A stretch of DNA of 64,000 bases. Source: an uncultured Flavobacteriales bacterium (GTDB taxonomy: Bacteria > Bacteroidota > Bacteroidia > Palsa-965). Positions 37,512-47,196 of the stretch are shown here, one piece after another. Within the stretch, counting starts at the first letter, position 1. Each line of letters starts with the position of its first letter. The notes beneath the pieces are model-generated. The model ran no database searches. It was not told the origin of the DNA and saw only the letters and a program-made list of their open reading frames with translations. The stretch spans positions 4,426 to 68,425 of the forward strand of contig CAIQQJ010000043.1 in assembly GCA_903873905.1 (NCBI GenBank). Direction: 5' to 3'. Made by a program: the position numbers and the translations under genes.

Positions 37512-38705
37512 CTATTTATCAATCCAAATTATTTCTTCTGTTTCAGGGGAATTGAAATCTATATTTATTATTTTTTCTATTGTTGTTGGTGGAACATCTC
37601 TTCCGCCAAGACCTGCATACACTCCAAATATTTTTCTGCTTCCGCCATACATCGCCCTTTTTATTTCCTGCATCAGTGCTCCTTCATTGTCTCCCAAATA
37701 ATTTCTGTCTATTGCAATGAGAATACAATCCTTATTGACTTTTTCAAGAACTTTCAAGATGGACTTTTTTGGAAAAGGTTTCATCAAACGAATCTTGAGC
37801 AAACCAACATCAGGATTTGATTGTAATACACCTCGAGCTGTTGTTGTAATGGAAGAAAGAGTAATCAGAATTTTTTTCGTTCCCGCATGAATGTTTACGG
37901 CTTCAATCGCTCCGTAACTTCTTCCAAAATGTGTTTCAAATTCCGCTCCAACTATATTGAATGCATCTTCCACTTTATTCATATCCTGCCAGAAAAGACG
38001 ATTGAACTTATCATACAATTCAGGTGCAACCAATCCACCAAACGCTTTAGGATGATCAATATCAATATCCGTATCGCTAACCATTCTTGGTGGTAAATAT
38101 TCATCCACCAATTTCTGCTCTGGGATATACACATTTTCATTGGTGTGACTCACGTAAAATGCGTCCAGCACAACTAAGGTCGGGAACAACAATTTTTCAG
38201 AAATTTTATATGCTTGAATAAGCGTATCCAAAACATCTTGTGAATTTTCACAGTAGATCTGAATCCAACCTGTATCTCGTTGTGCCAGTGAATCACTTTG
38301 GTCACACCAAATATTCCATGGATAAGATGGTCGACCTACGTTGCAAGCAACAACAGGCAAACGCAAATGTGCAATTGCATGGAGCACTTCGTGCGCATAT
38401 AATAAACCTTGTCCACTAGTTGCTGTAAAAACTCTTTCACCAACCAATGCAGCACCTTTGATTGCAGCAAAGACCGAATGTTCACTTTCCATATTGACGG
38501 AAACGGCATCAAATTCCCCTTTGGAAATCATAGAAGCAATTTCCTCAATGATGGTCGTTTGAGGAGTGATGGGATAAGCGGAAATAAATGTTGCCTTGCA
38601 AATTTTTGCTGCTTCGGCGGCGGCGGTATTTCCCTTCAACACTTTTTTAGTGTGCCGTTTCACTTCTTTTACTTTAGTAATTTTTATTGCTAGTTCGCTT
38701 TTCAT
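37512..38705 (-). CDS. 2-oxoacid:ferredoxin oxidoreductase alpha subunit
   Basis: 397 aa. 'GNTAAAEAAKICKATFISAYPITPQT', a PorA/VorA-type N-terminus. Confidence 0.85.
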   Translation of the reverse strand: MKSELAIKITKVKEVKRHTKKVLKGNTAAAEAAKICKATFISAYPITPQTTIIEEIASMISKGEFDAVSVNMESEHSVFAAIKGAALVGERVFTATSGQGLLYAHEVLHAIAHLRLPVVACNVGRPSYPWNIWCDQSDSLAQRDTGWIQIYCENSQDVLDTLIQAYKISEKLLFPTLVVLDAFYVSHTNENVYIPEQKLVDEYLPPRMVSDTDIDIDHPKAFGGLVAPELYDKFNRLFWQDMNKVEDAFNIVGAEFETHFGRSYGAIEAVNIHAGTKKILITLSSITTTARGVLQSNPDVGLLKIRLMKPFPKKSILKVLEKVNKDCILIAIDRNYLGDNEGALMQEIKRAMYGGSRKIFGVYAGLGGRDVPPTTIEKIINIDFNSPETEEIIWIDK

Positions 38706-38717
38706 CTTTTCAATTAT

Positions 38718-40976
38718 TTATTCTGTTACAACCAGGTTTTCTTCTTGATAGCGCACTGCAGAGCAAGGACATTCACGAACGCAAATTCCGCATCCTTTGC
38801 AAAAGTCATAATCTATGCGCAAACGATTTTCCTCATCAATGAAAATTGCAGCATCGGGACAATAATTAAAACAATTGCCACAGTTATAACAATCACCGCA
38901 ATGCAAACAGCGCGTCGCTTCTTCCACAATGGTTTTGGCTGGCAAACCCTGAACTACTTCGGTGAAATCATTCAGCAATTTTTCCACTTCCTTAAATGGA
39001 TTTGAATTTCCAGGAGTAGGAAGATAATAGGTGAAATTTATTTGATCTGCTGATACAACGTCATTGGTTCGTTCTGTTTTTACATATTCCGTTTTTCTCA
39101 AAAAAGCATTTACTTCATTCGCAACATCATTACCAGAACCAATTGCTTCCACAATTGTACCTCCCCAAGCCATATCACCACAACAGAAAACAGGAACATT
39201 GTTCTTTCCAGAAACAAATTCAATTTCTCCCTGCTTAACCGCTACTTTTTTATCGGTGAAAACAAAATCATCAAATGTTTGACCAGTAGCCTTGATAATT
39301 TTATTTGCAGTAAATTTTCTTTCTGATCCTTTTACAGGAATAGGTTTTCTTCTTCCAGAATCGTCAGCTTCACCAAGTTTCATTCTTACAGAGGTGATTC
39401 TGAATTCACCATTCTTGTTTTTTTCAATGTTCACTGGTGCAGTAAGAAATTCAATCTGCACACCTTCCTTCATTGCTTCTTCCACTTCGTGCGCGATAGC
39501 AGGCATTTCTTGCCGCGTTCTGCGGTAATAAATTATTGGATGACCTCCCAATCTCAAAACAGTTCGTGCAACATCAATAGCTGTATTACCGCCACCGATA
39601 ACTGCCACATCATCTCCTTTTCGTATTGCCTTTTTATTTTCTCCAGATTTAACTTCTCTCAAAAATTTTATTCCCTCGATGATTTCCTCTTCATTGGCCA
39701 AATTCATATTGGTTCCGATATGCGAACCCACTGCCACAACAATCGCGGAAAAATCATTTTTCAATTCATCGACTGAAACTTTTTTATTCAAAACAATTTT
39801 TACGTCTTGATCAACAATTTTCTGAATTTCTTGGTCAAGAACTTTTCCTGGAAGTCGAAACTCCGGAATGCCTGTTCTCATCATACCACCAGCAACAGGC
39901 ATGGATTCAAAAACGGTTACCTCATATCCTTGTTGCCGCAAACGCAAACCCGCTGTAAGTCCTGAGGGACCTGAACCGATCACTGCAATTTTTTCTTTGT
40001 GAAGAATAGGGACGCGTTTGAATTGATGAGATGCATTTTTGTCACCAAGAAAACGTTCAATCGCACCAATATTCACTTCTTCATCAAAACCAATTCTATT
40101 GCAATTTTGTTGACAGAAATGCGGACAGACGCGCCCACATATGGAAGGAAACGGGTTGTGTTTATAGATAACCTGATAAGCATCGGAAAATTTATTTTCA
40201 CCGGTGAGTTTTACAAATGTTCTCACATCTGTGCCAGCAGGACAGCTTTGCGTACACGGGGCTTGTCTATTTTGATAACCCGGAACTAAAACACGCCAAG
40301 TTCCCGTTTTATTCAATGACATTGGTTTGTCCCAATACGGCACACTCGGAAGATCGTTATATGATGGTGCAACCGCTTTGGCAATTGTGGCGGATTTAGT
40401 AAACGCAGAATCGATAAGTCCAACAACACTATTATATGCAATTTCTGCAGCGGCTTCATTTGCATCAGGCTTATTGGGAACTTCCTTTTTGATAATTGCT
40501 TTTGCATCATCAATTCCAGCTTCCAAAATTTTCAGAATTGCACCGATCATCGCGGCATTCACAATAGGAAGCGATTTACTTCCCAATTTATTATCTACCG
40601 ATATTCTTGTAGCAGGAACTGTGAAAATATTTTTGGCTCTACCCTTATAAAATGAAGGAGGATTTTCGGTATTGATCAAGATAATTCCATTCTCCGCTAA
40701 ACCATCAAATACATTGGTGAGTTCGATCAATCCCTCATCAAATACAACAACCAGATTCGGACTATAAATATTGCTGCGATTTAGAATCACCTCAGGAGAA
40801 AACCGAAAGAAGGCTTGAATGGGCGCGCCCGTACGTTCCACTCCGAAAAATGGGAATGCCTGCACTTCATAATTTTTAGTGTAGCTAAAAACTTTTGCAA
40901 GAATATCAAAAGCAGTAACCATTCCCTGTCCGCCACGTGCGTGACCTCTGACTTCAAAAACACCTGTTATATTCAT
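38718..40976 (-). CDS. 2-oxoacid oxidoreductase gamma subunit fused to a GltD/NfnB-like NAD(P)H-FAD module and a delta-type 2x[4Fe-4S] domain
   Basis: 752 aa. 'GHARGGQGMVTAFDILAK' (gamma). 'CPAGTDVRTFV...ICGRVCPHFCQQNC', 'IAVIGSGPSGLTAGLRL', 'VAVIGGGNTAIDVARTV' and 'VFCCGD' (GltD-like). 'CLHCGDCYNCGNCFNYCP...CKGCGICVRECP' (delta). Confidence 0.85.
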   Translation of the reverse strand: MNITGVFEVRGHARGGQGMVTAFDILAKVFSYTKNYEVQAFPFFGVERTGAPIQAFFRFSPEVILNRSNIYSPNLVVVFDEGLIELTNVFDGLAENGIILINTENPPSFYKGRAKNIFTVPATRISVDNKLGSKSLPIVNAAMIGAILKILEAGIDDAKAIIKKEVPNKPDANEAAAEIAYNSVVGLIDSAFTKSATIAKAVAPSYNDLPSVPYWDKPMSLNKTGTWRVLVPGYQNRQAPCTQSCPAGTDVRTFVKLTGENKFSDAYQVIYKHNPFPSICGRVCPHFCQQNCNRIGFDEEVNIGAIERFLGDKNASHQFKRVPILHKEKIAVIGSGPSGLTAGLRLRQQGYEVTVFESMPVAGGMMRTGIPEFRLPGKVLDQEIQKIVDQDVKIVLNKKVSVDELKNDFSAIVVAVGSHIGTNMNLANEEEIIEGIKFLREVKSGENKKAIRKGDDVAVIGGGNTAIDVARTVLRLGGHPIIYYRRTRQEMPAIAHEVEEAMKEGVQIEFLTAPVNIEKNKNGEFRITSVRMKLGEADDSGRRKPIPVKGSERKFTANKIIKATGQTFDDFVFTDKKVAVKQGEIEFVSGKNNVPVFCCGDMAWGGTIVEAIGSGNDVANEVNAFLRKTEYVKTERTNDVVSADQINFTYYLPTPGNSNPFKEVEKLLNDFTEVVQGLPAKTIVEEATRCLHCGDCYNCGNCFNYCPDAAIFIDEENRLRIDYDFCKGCGICVRECPCSAVRYQEENLVVTE

Positions 40977-41100
40977 TTTAAATAATTTTTCAAATGAGTA
41001 CTAAATGACTGTCATTATTTATTCTGAATCAAAGTTTCAATTTCCCGAGCTAATTTATTTCGTATTTTTTTCTTGTTTAAAATTGCAAAGCATAAAAAGA

Positions 41101-42060
41101 TTAGCGTTTGCCTATGTGATGTGTGTATCCTACGAGTAAAATAGGTTCAATAAAAGTGAAATGCTGACTTGCTTTTCCTCCAACCGTTGTTGTTCTGATA
41201 TCCGGCAAATTAATATAACCAGCTTTCAACTTTCCGAGAATAAAGAAGTGCTTAAACAAATCAATCTGCAATCCTGCGCTTGCCGATAAACTATATCCTG
41301 CCAAGTGAAAGGATTTTTTTCCTGTTTCCATATTATGGCGTGCAGTATAATCAAGTACATCAGCATCAGTATCAGGAATGACCATACCACTGCCAACTGT
41401 TGTTTGAAATGACAATGCATGTTTAGAATTTTTGGAAATCCACAATTGCTCAAGATGACCGAATTCAAAACTGAAATCATTCAAGCCATCACAATGTTCA
41501 AACTCTGGAACAAAACCTTGAGGTAAAGAATCGGTAATACTTGAAGGCAAATAGTTCCCATTTGCTGCGCCGTCGCCCACTAAAACCGTTGTGTTATTAT
41601 AAGTACCTGCATTTAATCCTGAATCAATAGTTCCCGACAAACGAGCAATTTGTCGATCGAGCGCATATTTCATATGATCATGCCCAAACGAAACCCAATT
41701 TTTATCGTTAAGGAAATAACCTACTCTTTCATTGTATTGCGGAACAGTAAATGTGTTGGGTTTAATGTATGTGAGGAAATCAAAATGAAAAACTCCTGTT
41801 CCCGTTACATCAAAAATTGTAAAATCATATCCGTCTCCCCAAAAACGAATATCACTTTTACTGAAAGCTGCTCTGTTGTATCCCCAATAGAGGAAAAAAT
41901 TACCTTTTCGTTGATAAAGTATTCTCGTCTCTGAATTACCATTTCCCTGATTATTCATATCAGGCACTTTTGCAATTGTCGTGTCTTTGTTCACCTGCGC
42001 CGATCCAACAAGTGATGTAAATGAAATCAACAGTAAGGCAGTTAGTTTTTGAATTTTCAT
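41101..42060 (-). CDS. secreted / outer-membrane protein of unknown function embedded in the catabolic cluster
   Basis: 319 aa. Signal peptide MKIQKLTALLLISFTSLVGSAQ and beta-rich, aromatic-alternating sequence. I recognise no family. Confidence 0.5.
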   Translation of the reverse strand: MKIQKLTALLLISFTSLVGSAQVNKDTTIAKVPDMNNQGNGNSETRILYQRKGNFFLYWGYNRAAFSKSDIRFWGDGYDFTIFDVTGTGVFHFDFLTYIKPNTFTVPQYNERVGYFLNDKNWVSFGHDHMKYALDRQIARLSGTIDSGLNAGTYNNTTVLVGDGAANGNYLPSSITDSLPQGFVPEFEHCDGLNDFSFEFGHLEQLWISKNSKHALSFQTTVGSGMVIPDTDADVLDYTARHNMETGKKSFHLAGYSLSASAGLQIDLFKHFFILGKLKAGYINLPDIRTTTVGGKASQHFTFIEPILLVGYTHHIGKR

Positions 42061-42082
42061 TATAGGTTTATTTTTGATAGGT

Positions 42083-43267
42083 TTATTTTTCTAAAATTAT
42101 TACTGAAGCAATTGCTCCAGGTCCACCGATGTTATGTGTCAATCCTCTTTTTGCATTCTTAACCTGACGTTCTCCCGCGCTTCCACGTAGATGATTGGCC
42201 ACTTCAACAACCATTCGAATTCCTGTTGCACCCACTGGATGTCCACATGACAATAATCCGCCACTCACATTCACAGGAATTTTTCCACCAAGTTGTGTTT
42301 CTTTACCACGAATCAAATCTTTTGCTTCTCCAACTTTGCACAAACCCAAATCTTCATAGGTAAGTAACTCAACAATAGAAAAACAATCATGCACTTCGAT
42401 CAAATCAATTTCATCAATTGGATTTGTGATTCCCGCTTGTGCATAGGCTTTTTTTGCTGCATTACGTGTCGCTTCAAAAGAAAGAAAATCATGATTCGGA
42501 TCGAAGAAGGGCAAATCCCAACCTGTGGAAATTGAAAGTCCGAGTCCTTTTACAAAAACAGGATTGTGTTTGGTCTTATCCACATCTTCAGCGCGAACCA
42601 TAATCACACATGCAGCACCATCAGTTGTTGGACAAGAATCCAAAACAGTAAGTGGATCAGCGACCATTTGTGATTTCATGACTTCTTCAAGAGAACAGGC
42701 CTTTTGATAAAAAGCTTTTTCATTCAATGAACCATGCAAATGATTTTTTACGGAAACGTTTGAAATATCTTCACGTGTCACACCATATTCTTTCATCATT
42801 CGATTTGCGTAAACAGCAAAAGTTCCTGCAGCAGTAAAACCTTTTTGCAAAAACGGATGGCCATATTCCACCATCATTTTTACAATGGAATCTTGTGGTT
42901 GACGATCGCGAAGTTTTTCAACACCAAGTGCCATAGCCACATCACATTCTCCAGCGCGCAACGCATTTATTGCATTCCGCATCGCATCTGCTCCCGAAGC
43001 ACAATAATTTGAAACACGAGTAACGGGAATATTATAAAGAGAAAGCGGTTCGCACAAATCCATTCCACTTCTTCCTTTAAAAACACCAATTTCCGGAAAT
43101 GCAGTAGAGAGCCAAGCTGCTCCAATATCATCCATGCTAATTTTTGCATCGCTCACTGCTTGCATCGCCGCATCACGTACCAAATCATCATAACTCTGAT
43201 GAAAGAGTTCACCAAATTTTGTGACTCCAATTCCAATGATCGCTATGTCTGTTAATTTAGAATTCAC
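42083..43267 (-). CDS. thiolase (SCP-x / archaeal-type, DUF35-associated class)
   Basis: 394 aa, GTG start. 'IAIIGIGVTKFGE', nucleophile box 'NYCASGADAM', 'GHPVGATGIRM' and 'HNIGGPG'. Confidence 0.85.
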   Translation of the reverse strand: MNSKLTDIAIIGIGVTKFGELFHQSYDDLVRDAAMQAVSDAKISMDDIGAAWLSTAFPEIGVFKGRSGMDLCEPLSLYNIPVTRVSNYCASGADAMRNAINALRAGECDVAMALGVEKLRDRQPQDSIVKMMVEYGHPFLQKGFTAAGTFAVYANRMMKEYGVTREDISNVSVKNHLHGSLNEKAFYQKACSLEEVMKSQMVADPLTVLDSCPTTDGAACVIMVRAEDVDKTKHNPVFVKGLGLSISTGWDLPFFDPNHDFLSFEATRNAAKKAYAQAGITNPIDEIDLIEVHDCFSIVELLTYEDLGLCKVGEAKDLIRGKETQLGGKIPVNVSGGLLSCGHPVGATGIRMVVEVANHLRGSAGERQVKNAKRGLTHNIGGPGAIASVIILEK

Positions 43268-43347
43268 AATTTAGAATTAAGAATTATTTTTTTTAGTCGA
43301 ATTAATAATCGAAGTCAATAACCGAAGAAGTTCATCTATTTGATTCT

Positions 43348-44712
43348 TCATTTTGTTGTCGCCTTCCAGAAATAATTAGGTTTCTCATCGTTCTCAATCA
43401 TTTTCCGTAAAACCAATTTCACTTTTGAACCGATCTCTAAAGTGTTTTTCTCAGGATACATTGTATCCGTTTGCTGAACAGTCATTCTTACTCCTCCGTC
43501 CAAATCAATAATAGCCATGGTGATCGGAGGAAAAGAACTTGGAAAATAATGTTCTTTTGTAAATGCATAAACTGATCCTGCATTTGCCAATTGAACAGTT
43601 GAAAATTTATCGCCCTTGCATTTTTTACAACGTCCGGTTTTCAAATAATAAATTGTTCCGCATGTTGTACATTTCAAGCCTTTCCTGTACAGCAATGTTT
43701 CTTTTTCCCTTTCCTGCATCATTTCGGAAGAAAACATTTCTTTGGTATCATATTTTGCAGAATGGAAATTCCCCGCTTTTCGTAACAGTAAATAATCCTG
43801 ATAGGAATTAACCAAATCAAAATTGCCGAGTTGTTCTTGCAAGTTTTTTTCTTTACCTACTGAATTGTTTTTTATTTCAAGAATGTTTGTCCCATTTGCA
43901 TAATCAACGAGTAGAATATGTTTCTTCTCGCTTTCAATTTCATTGATTAGAAGAAGTAATGCATGAGTCGCGCCAGTATTTCCAATTTTGGAAGAAATTA
44001 AATCTCTTGCAAATTGTTTTTCTTCAAAACCCGCTTTAGCAAATATTCCCCCTCCCATCCGAGCGTACACTGAATTAAGAATAATAGCATCGAAGGATTT
44101 CGGATCTGAAACAAGTTTCTTCAGTGAAGAAGTCAAATTGGTTTTGAATCCAGCATCGCGACTGAATCGCGGATCGTATTGAATGGATGCTCCTTTATAA
44201 GAAAACTCTTCCGCAAAAGAAGAACTGAATGATTTTGCAAAAGAAATTTCCGCGATTCCTTTTTCATTGCTAATTAATAGCGAACAAGCAGCATGACCAT
44301 AAGGAGTAGATAGTTCGTTTCCTATTCCTGGGAAATCAACATCTGATGCAATAACCAAAATGTTTTTGTACTTGCCCGAATCAATTAGATCATTTGCCAA
44401 AAGCAAAGCATCTGTTCCTCCCCTTGATGAGTTGATAAAATCAAGCGCCAAAATTCCTTGAGGGAGATTCAATAAATCAGCTAAAAAAGAAGCATGGTAA
44501 CGATTTTCAAAAACCGAACTTGAACTTGCAAAAAATATTCCGTCGATATTTTCTTTCGATATTTTTTCTGATGCTGCAAAAGCCAAAGTGATTAAATCCT
44601 CATCGGAAAAACAAACCGCTTTCATCACACCCTTTTTCCCCTTGGGATGCAAGGTGCAATCCTCCACTCTGAAATGTGGCAACGCAATTCCGTATGACTT
44701 AATTTGACTCAT
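43348..44712 (-). CDS. HMG-CoA synthase/KAS-III-like domain fused to a DUF35 Zn-ribbon + OB-fold domain
   Basis: 454 aa. Thiolase-superfamily fold in the first ~330 aa. C-terminal 'CTTCGTIYYLKTGRCKKCKG' zinc ribbon plus OB-fold ('VYAFTKEHY...MAIIDLDGGVRMTVQ'). Confidence 0.75.
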   Translation of the reverse strand: MSQIKSYGIALPHFRVEDCTLHPKGKKGVMKAVCFSDEDLITLAFAASEKISKENIDGIFFASSSSVFENRYHASFLADLLNLPQGILALDFINSSRGGTDALLLANDLIDSGKYKNILVIASDVDFPGIGNELSTPYGHAACSLLISNEKGIAEISFAKSFSSSFAEEFSYKGASIQYDPRFSRDAGFKTNLTSSLKKLVSDPKSFDAIILNSVYARMGGGIFAKAGFEEKQFARDLISSKIGNTGATHALLLLINEIESEKKHILLVDYANGTNILEIKNNSVGKEKNLQEQLGNFDLVNSYQDYLLLRKAGNFHSAKYDTKEMFSSEMMQEREKETLLYRKGLKCTTCGTIYYLKTGRCKKCKGDKFSTVQLANAGSVYAFTKEHYFPSSFPPITMAIIDLDGGVRMTVQQTDTMYPEKNTLEIGSKVKLVLRKMIENDEKPNYFWKATTK

Positions 44713-44715
44713 TGA

Positions 44716-46029
44716 TCAGGAAATTATTTTTTTAGTTTCATTTGCAATAACAGGTTCGCGTAAGGATTGAAACATTTTTTCTGCATCAATCTTTTTTGAA
44801 ATTTTACTTTCACTGAAAACTTTCATCAATGATTCCATTGGGAAAAGTCCTGTTGCAGTCAACATATAGAAAAGGCAATACATGGAAGAGTTTTTTGCAC
44901 CACCTCTTTCGCGAAATGGAAATGAAATGACTTCCGCTTTCGTTTCAGGAGCTGTGAGGGAACTATCAAGGAATAATTTCCCACCTTTCATGCTTGTAAG
45001 TGTTTTCCTTGCGTAATCCAAACCATCTGTTGACGTCACACAAATCACATCTGGATTAGGCGATCCAGTGTAAAGAATTTCATCCGAAGAAAGAATAATT
45101 TCTGAAGCGGAAAACCCAACTCCTACCGTAACGGGATAACTTCCTTTTTTTGTTCCATTCAAACCAGAAACAATTCCTGCTTCCAACAACATTTCAGCCG
45201 CACCTTGAATTCCTTCTCCTGCCGACCCACACAACATCAAGCGAACTTCCTTTTCCAACTTTGAAGGAAAAGCAGTTTCAATAATGTCATCATCATTGAA
45301 AAGAACATTACTTGATTGATTGATTTTAGATTTATAATTAACAGCTTCCGTATCAGCATATTTTTTTACATCGAGACCCGCACCTTCCATCACATTGGAA
45401 AGTTTCATTCCAGGATTCGATTTCACACCGTAACTCGGACAAATTTCCATCACTTCCACCAATGAAAAACCTTTCTTTGAAAACGCTTCAGCCAATTGTT
45501 CAGAAAAATCACCAATACCTTCCAAGCGAGAAACATAAGTCACACCATCAACAGCAGCAATCAATTTACAAATATCATATCCCGCCTTATCAGCACCATT
45601 TGGCAATGTCGGAGTCTTGAATCCCATTGGAGTGAATTCGCTGCATTGTCCGCCGGTCATTCCATACAACATGTTGTTATGTATTACAACCGTCATGTTA
45701 AAGCCATTGTGTGCCGCATTGAACAAATGTTGCATCCCAATTGTTGTACCGCCGTCACCGATAAAAACAATCACTTTCTTATCTGGATTTTCCAATGCAG
45801 CGGAAATTCCAGAAGCCAAGGCAACCGAACGTCCATGAAGGCCGTGAACTGTATGTGTTTTAAAAGATTTGTCAATGATTCCATGGCAACCAATATCAGT
45901 TACTAAAATCACATCCATTGGATTCATTCCCAATGACTGCAAAGCCTTTTCAGTATTTCCAGCAATATGATGATGGCCACATCCTTTGCAAAATGGTAAA
46001 GCCTCATCGGTTAAAAATTTTTCCATCAC
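44716..46029 (-). CDS. 2-oxoacid:acceptor oxidoreductase beta (TPP) subunit fused to a gamma domain
   Basis: 437 aa. 'FCKGCGHHHI', 'FIGDGGTTIGMQH', then 'LMLCGSAGEGIQGAAEMLLEAG' (gamma-type). No delta/ferredoxin domain. Confidence 0.8.
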   Translation of the reverse strand: MMEKFLTDEALPFCKGCGHHHIAGNTEKALQSLGMNPMDVILVTDIGCHGIIDKSFKTHTVHGLHGRSVALASGISAALENPDKKVIVFIGDGGTTIGMQHLFNAAHNGFNMTVVIHNNMLYGMTGGQCSEFTPMGFKTPTLPNGADKAGYDICKLIAAVDGVTYVSRLEGIGDFSEQLAEAFSKKGFSLVEVMEICPSYGVKSNPGMKLSNVMEGAGLDVKKYADTEAVNYKSKINQSSNVLFNDDDIIETAFPSKLEKEVRLMLCGSAGEGIQGAAEMLLEAGIVSGLNGTKKGSYPVTVGVGFSASEIILSSDEILYTGSPNPDVICVTSTDGLDYARKTLTSMKGGKLFLDSSLTAPETKAEVISFPFRERGGAKNSSMYCLFYMLTATGLFPMESLMKVFSESKISKKIDAEKMFQSLREPVIANETKKIIS

Positions 46030-46052
46030 TCTTAATTTTTCTTCTTCAACAA

Positions 46053-47186
46053 TTATTTAAATAAAACAGCATCAACAATTTTTGCAGGTGTAATCATTTC
46101 TGCAAATCCATTTACACCTGAGATATTTTTATTGCCAAATTCCCCGAATAAAATCTTGCGGTATTGTCCTGAAAGATTTTCCTCAGCGATCACCACCTTT
46201 TTGTATTCGCTAATGATTTCGAAATATTTCGGTGCAACGGGTAATAATGTTTTTGGAATCAACAGTGAAACCTTTTCACCTTTCGCTCGCAAATTCTTCA
46301 CAGCTTCACGACTTGCAGACGCGGTGATGCCATAAGAAATCAAAAGTGTTTCCGCTCCGTTTTCCTTGTCATAATCGAAATACAAATGCTTATTAAGATT
46401 CAAAATGTGTTTTGCTTCGAGACGTTTTGTATTCTCAATTGCCTCTTTTGCCACATTTTGTATAATTCCTTTTTGATCATGTGTGGAAGCGGTAAAACGA
46501 ACTTGATGTTTTGCATTCCCAACTTTGAGGAATTCAGGAACAAGTGATTCTTCCGTTTTATAAGGAACAAAAGTTTCATTGGAAGAATATTGTTTCCTCT
46601 CGATTAAATTAATTTCAGAAAGTTGTGATATATCAAAACTTGCCTGTGTCATCACTTCTTCTTTCGATGTCAATAAAACAACTGGGGTTCTTAGATCTAC
46701 TGCCATTTTCATTGCCTTGTTCGACAATTCCCAACAATCATTCATGTTACTCACACTAATAACTGGCAATGTGAATCCACCAGAAATACTTCCATGTAGC
46801 AATGACAAATCACCTTGAGCGCCACAGGTTGCACTTCCTGTTGCTGGTCCAAGACGTTGCACCAAAACAATTACCATTGGCAATTCCATCATATACGCCA
46901 TGTTCACCGATTCCAACATCAAAGCGTATCCGGGAAATGAAGTTGCAGTAACTGGAATTTTTCCTGTGGTAGAAAACCCACACATCCATTGCAATGTTGT
47001 GATTTCATCGGGAGCAGCGAAGAATTCCCTGAATCTTTCCAATGAATAGGAATACAATAAATTCGCCGGTGTTATTGGATAGCCAATGAACACATCCGCT
47101 CCTGAACGCACCAATGATTCCACAATCAATTTGGAACCATCCATGATCACTGTTTTACTTTTTTCTTTCACTTGCATCATCTTCAA
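46053..47186 (-). CDS. 2-oxoacid:acceptor oxidoreductase alpha subunit
   Basis: 377 aa. 'DGSKLIVESLVRSGADVFIGYPITPAN', a KorA-type N-terminus. Confidence 0.8.
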   Translation of the reverse strand: MKMMQVKEKSKTVIMDGSKLIVESLVRSGADVFIGYPITPANLLYSYSLERFREFFAAPDEITTLQWMCGFSTTGKIPVTATSFPGYALMLESVNMAYMMELPMVIVLVQRLGPATGSATCGAQGDLSLLHGSISGGFTLPVISVSNMNDCWELSNKAMKMAVDLRTPVVLLTSKEEVMTQASFDISQLSEINLIERKQYSSNETFVPYKTEESLVPEFLKVGNAKHQVRFTASTHDQKGIIQNVAKEAIENTKRLEAKHILNLNKHLYFDYDKENGAETLLISYGITASASREAVKNLRAKGEKVSLLIPKTLLPVAPKYFEIISEYKKVVIAEENLSGQYRKILFGEFGNKNISGVNGFAEMITPAKIVDAVLFK

Positions 47187-47196
47187 TTGTCTTTTA

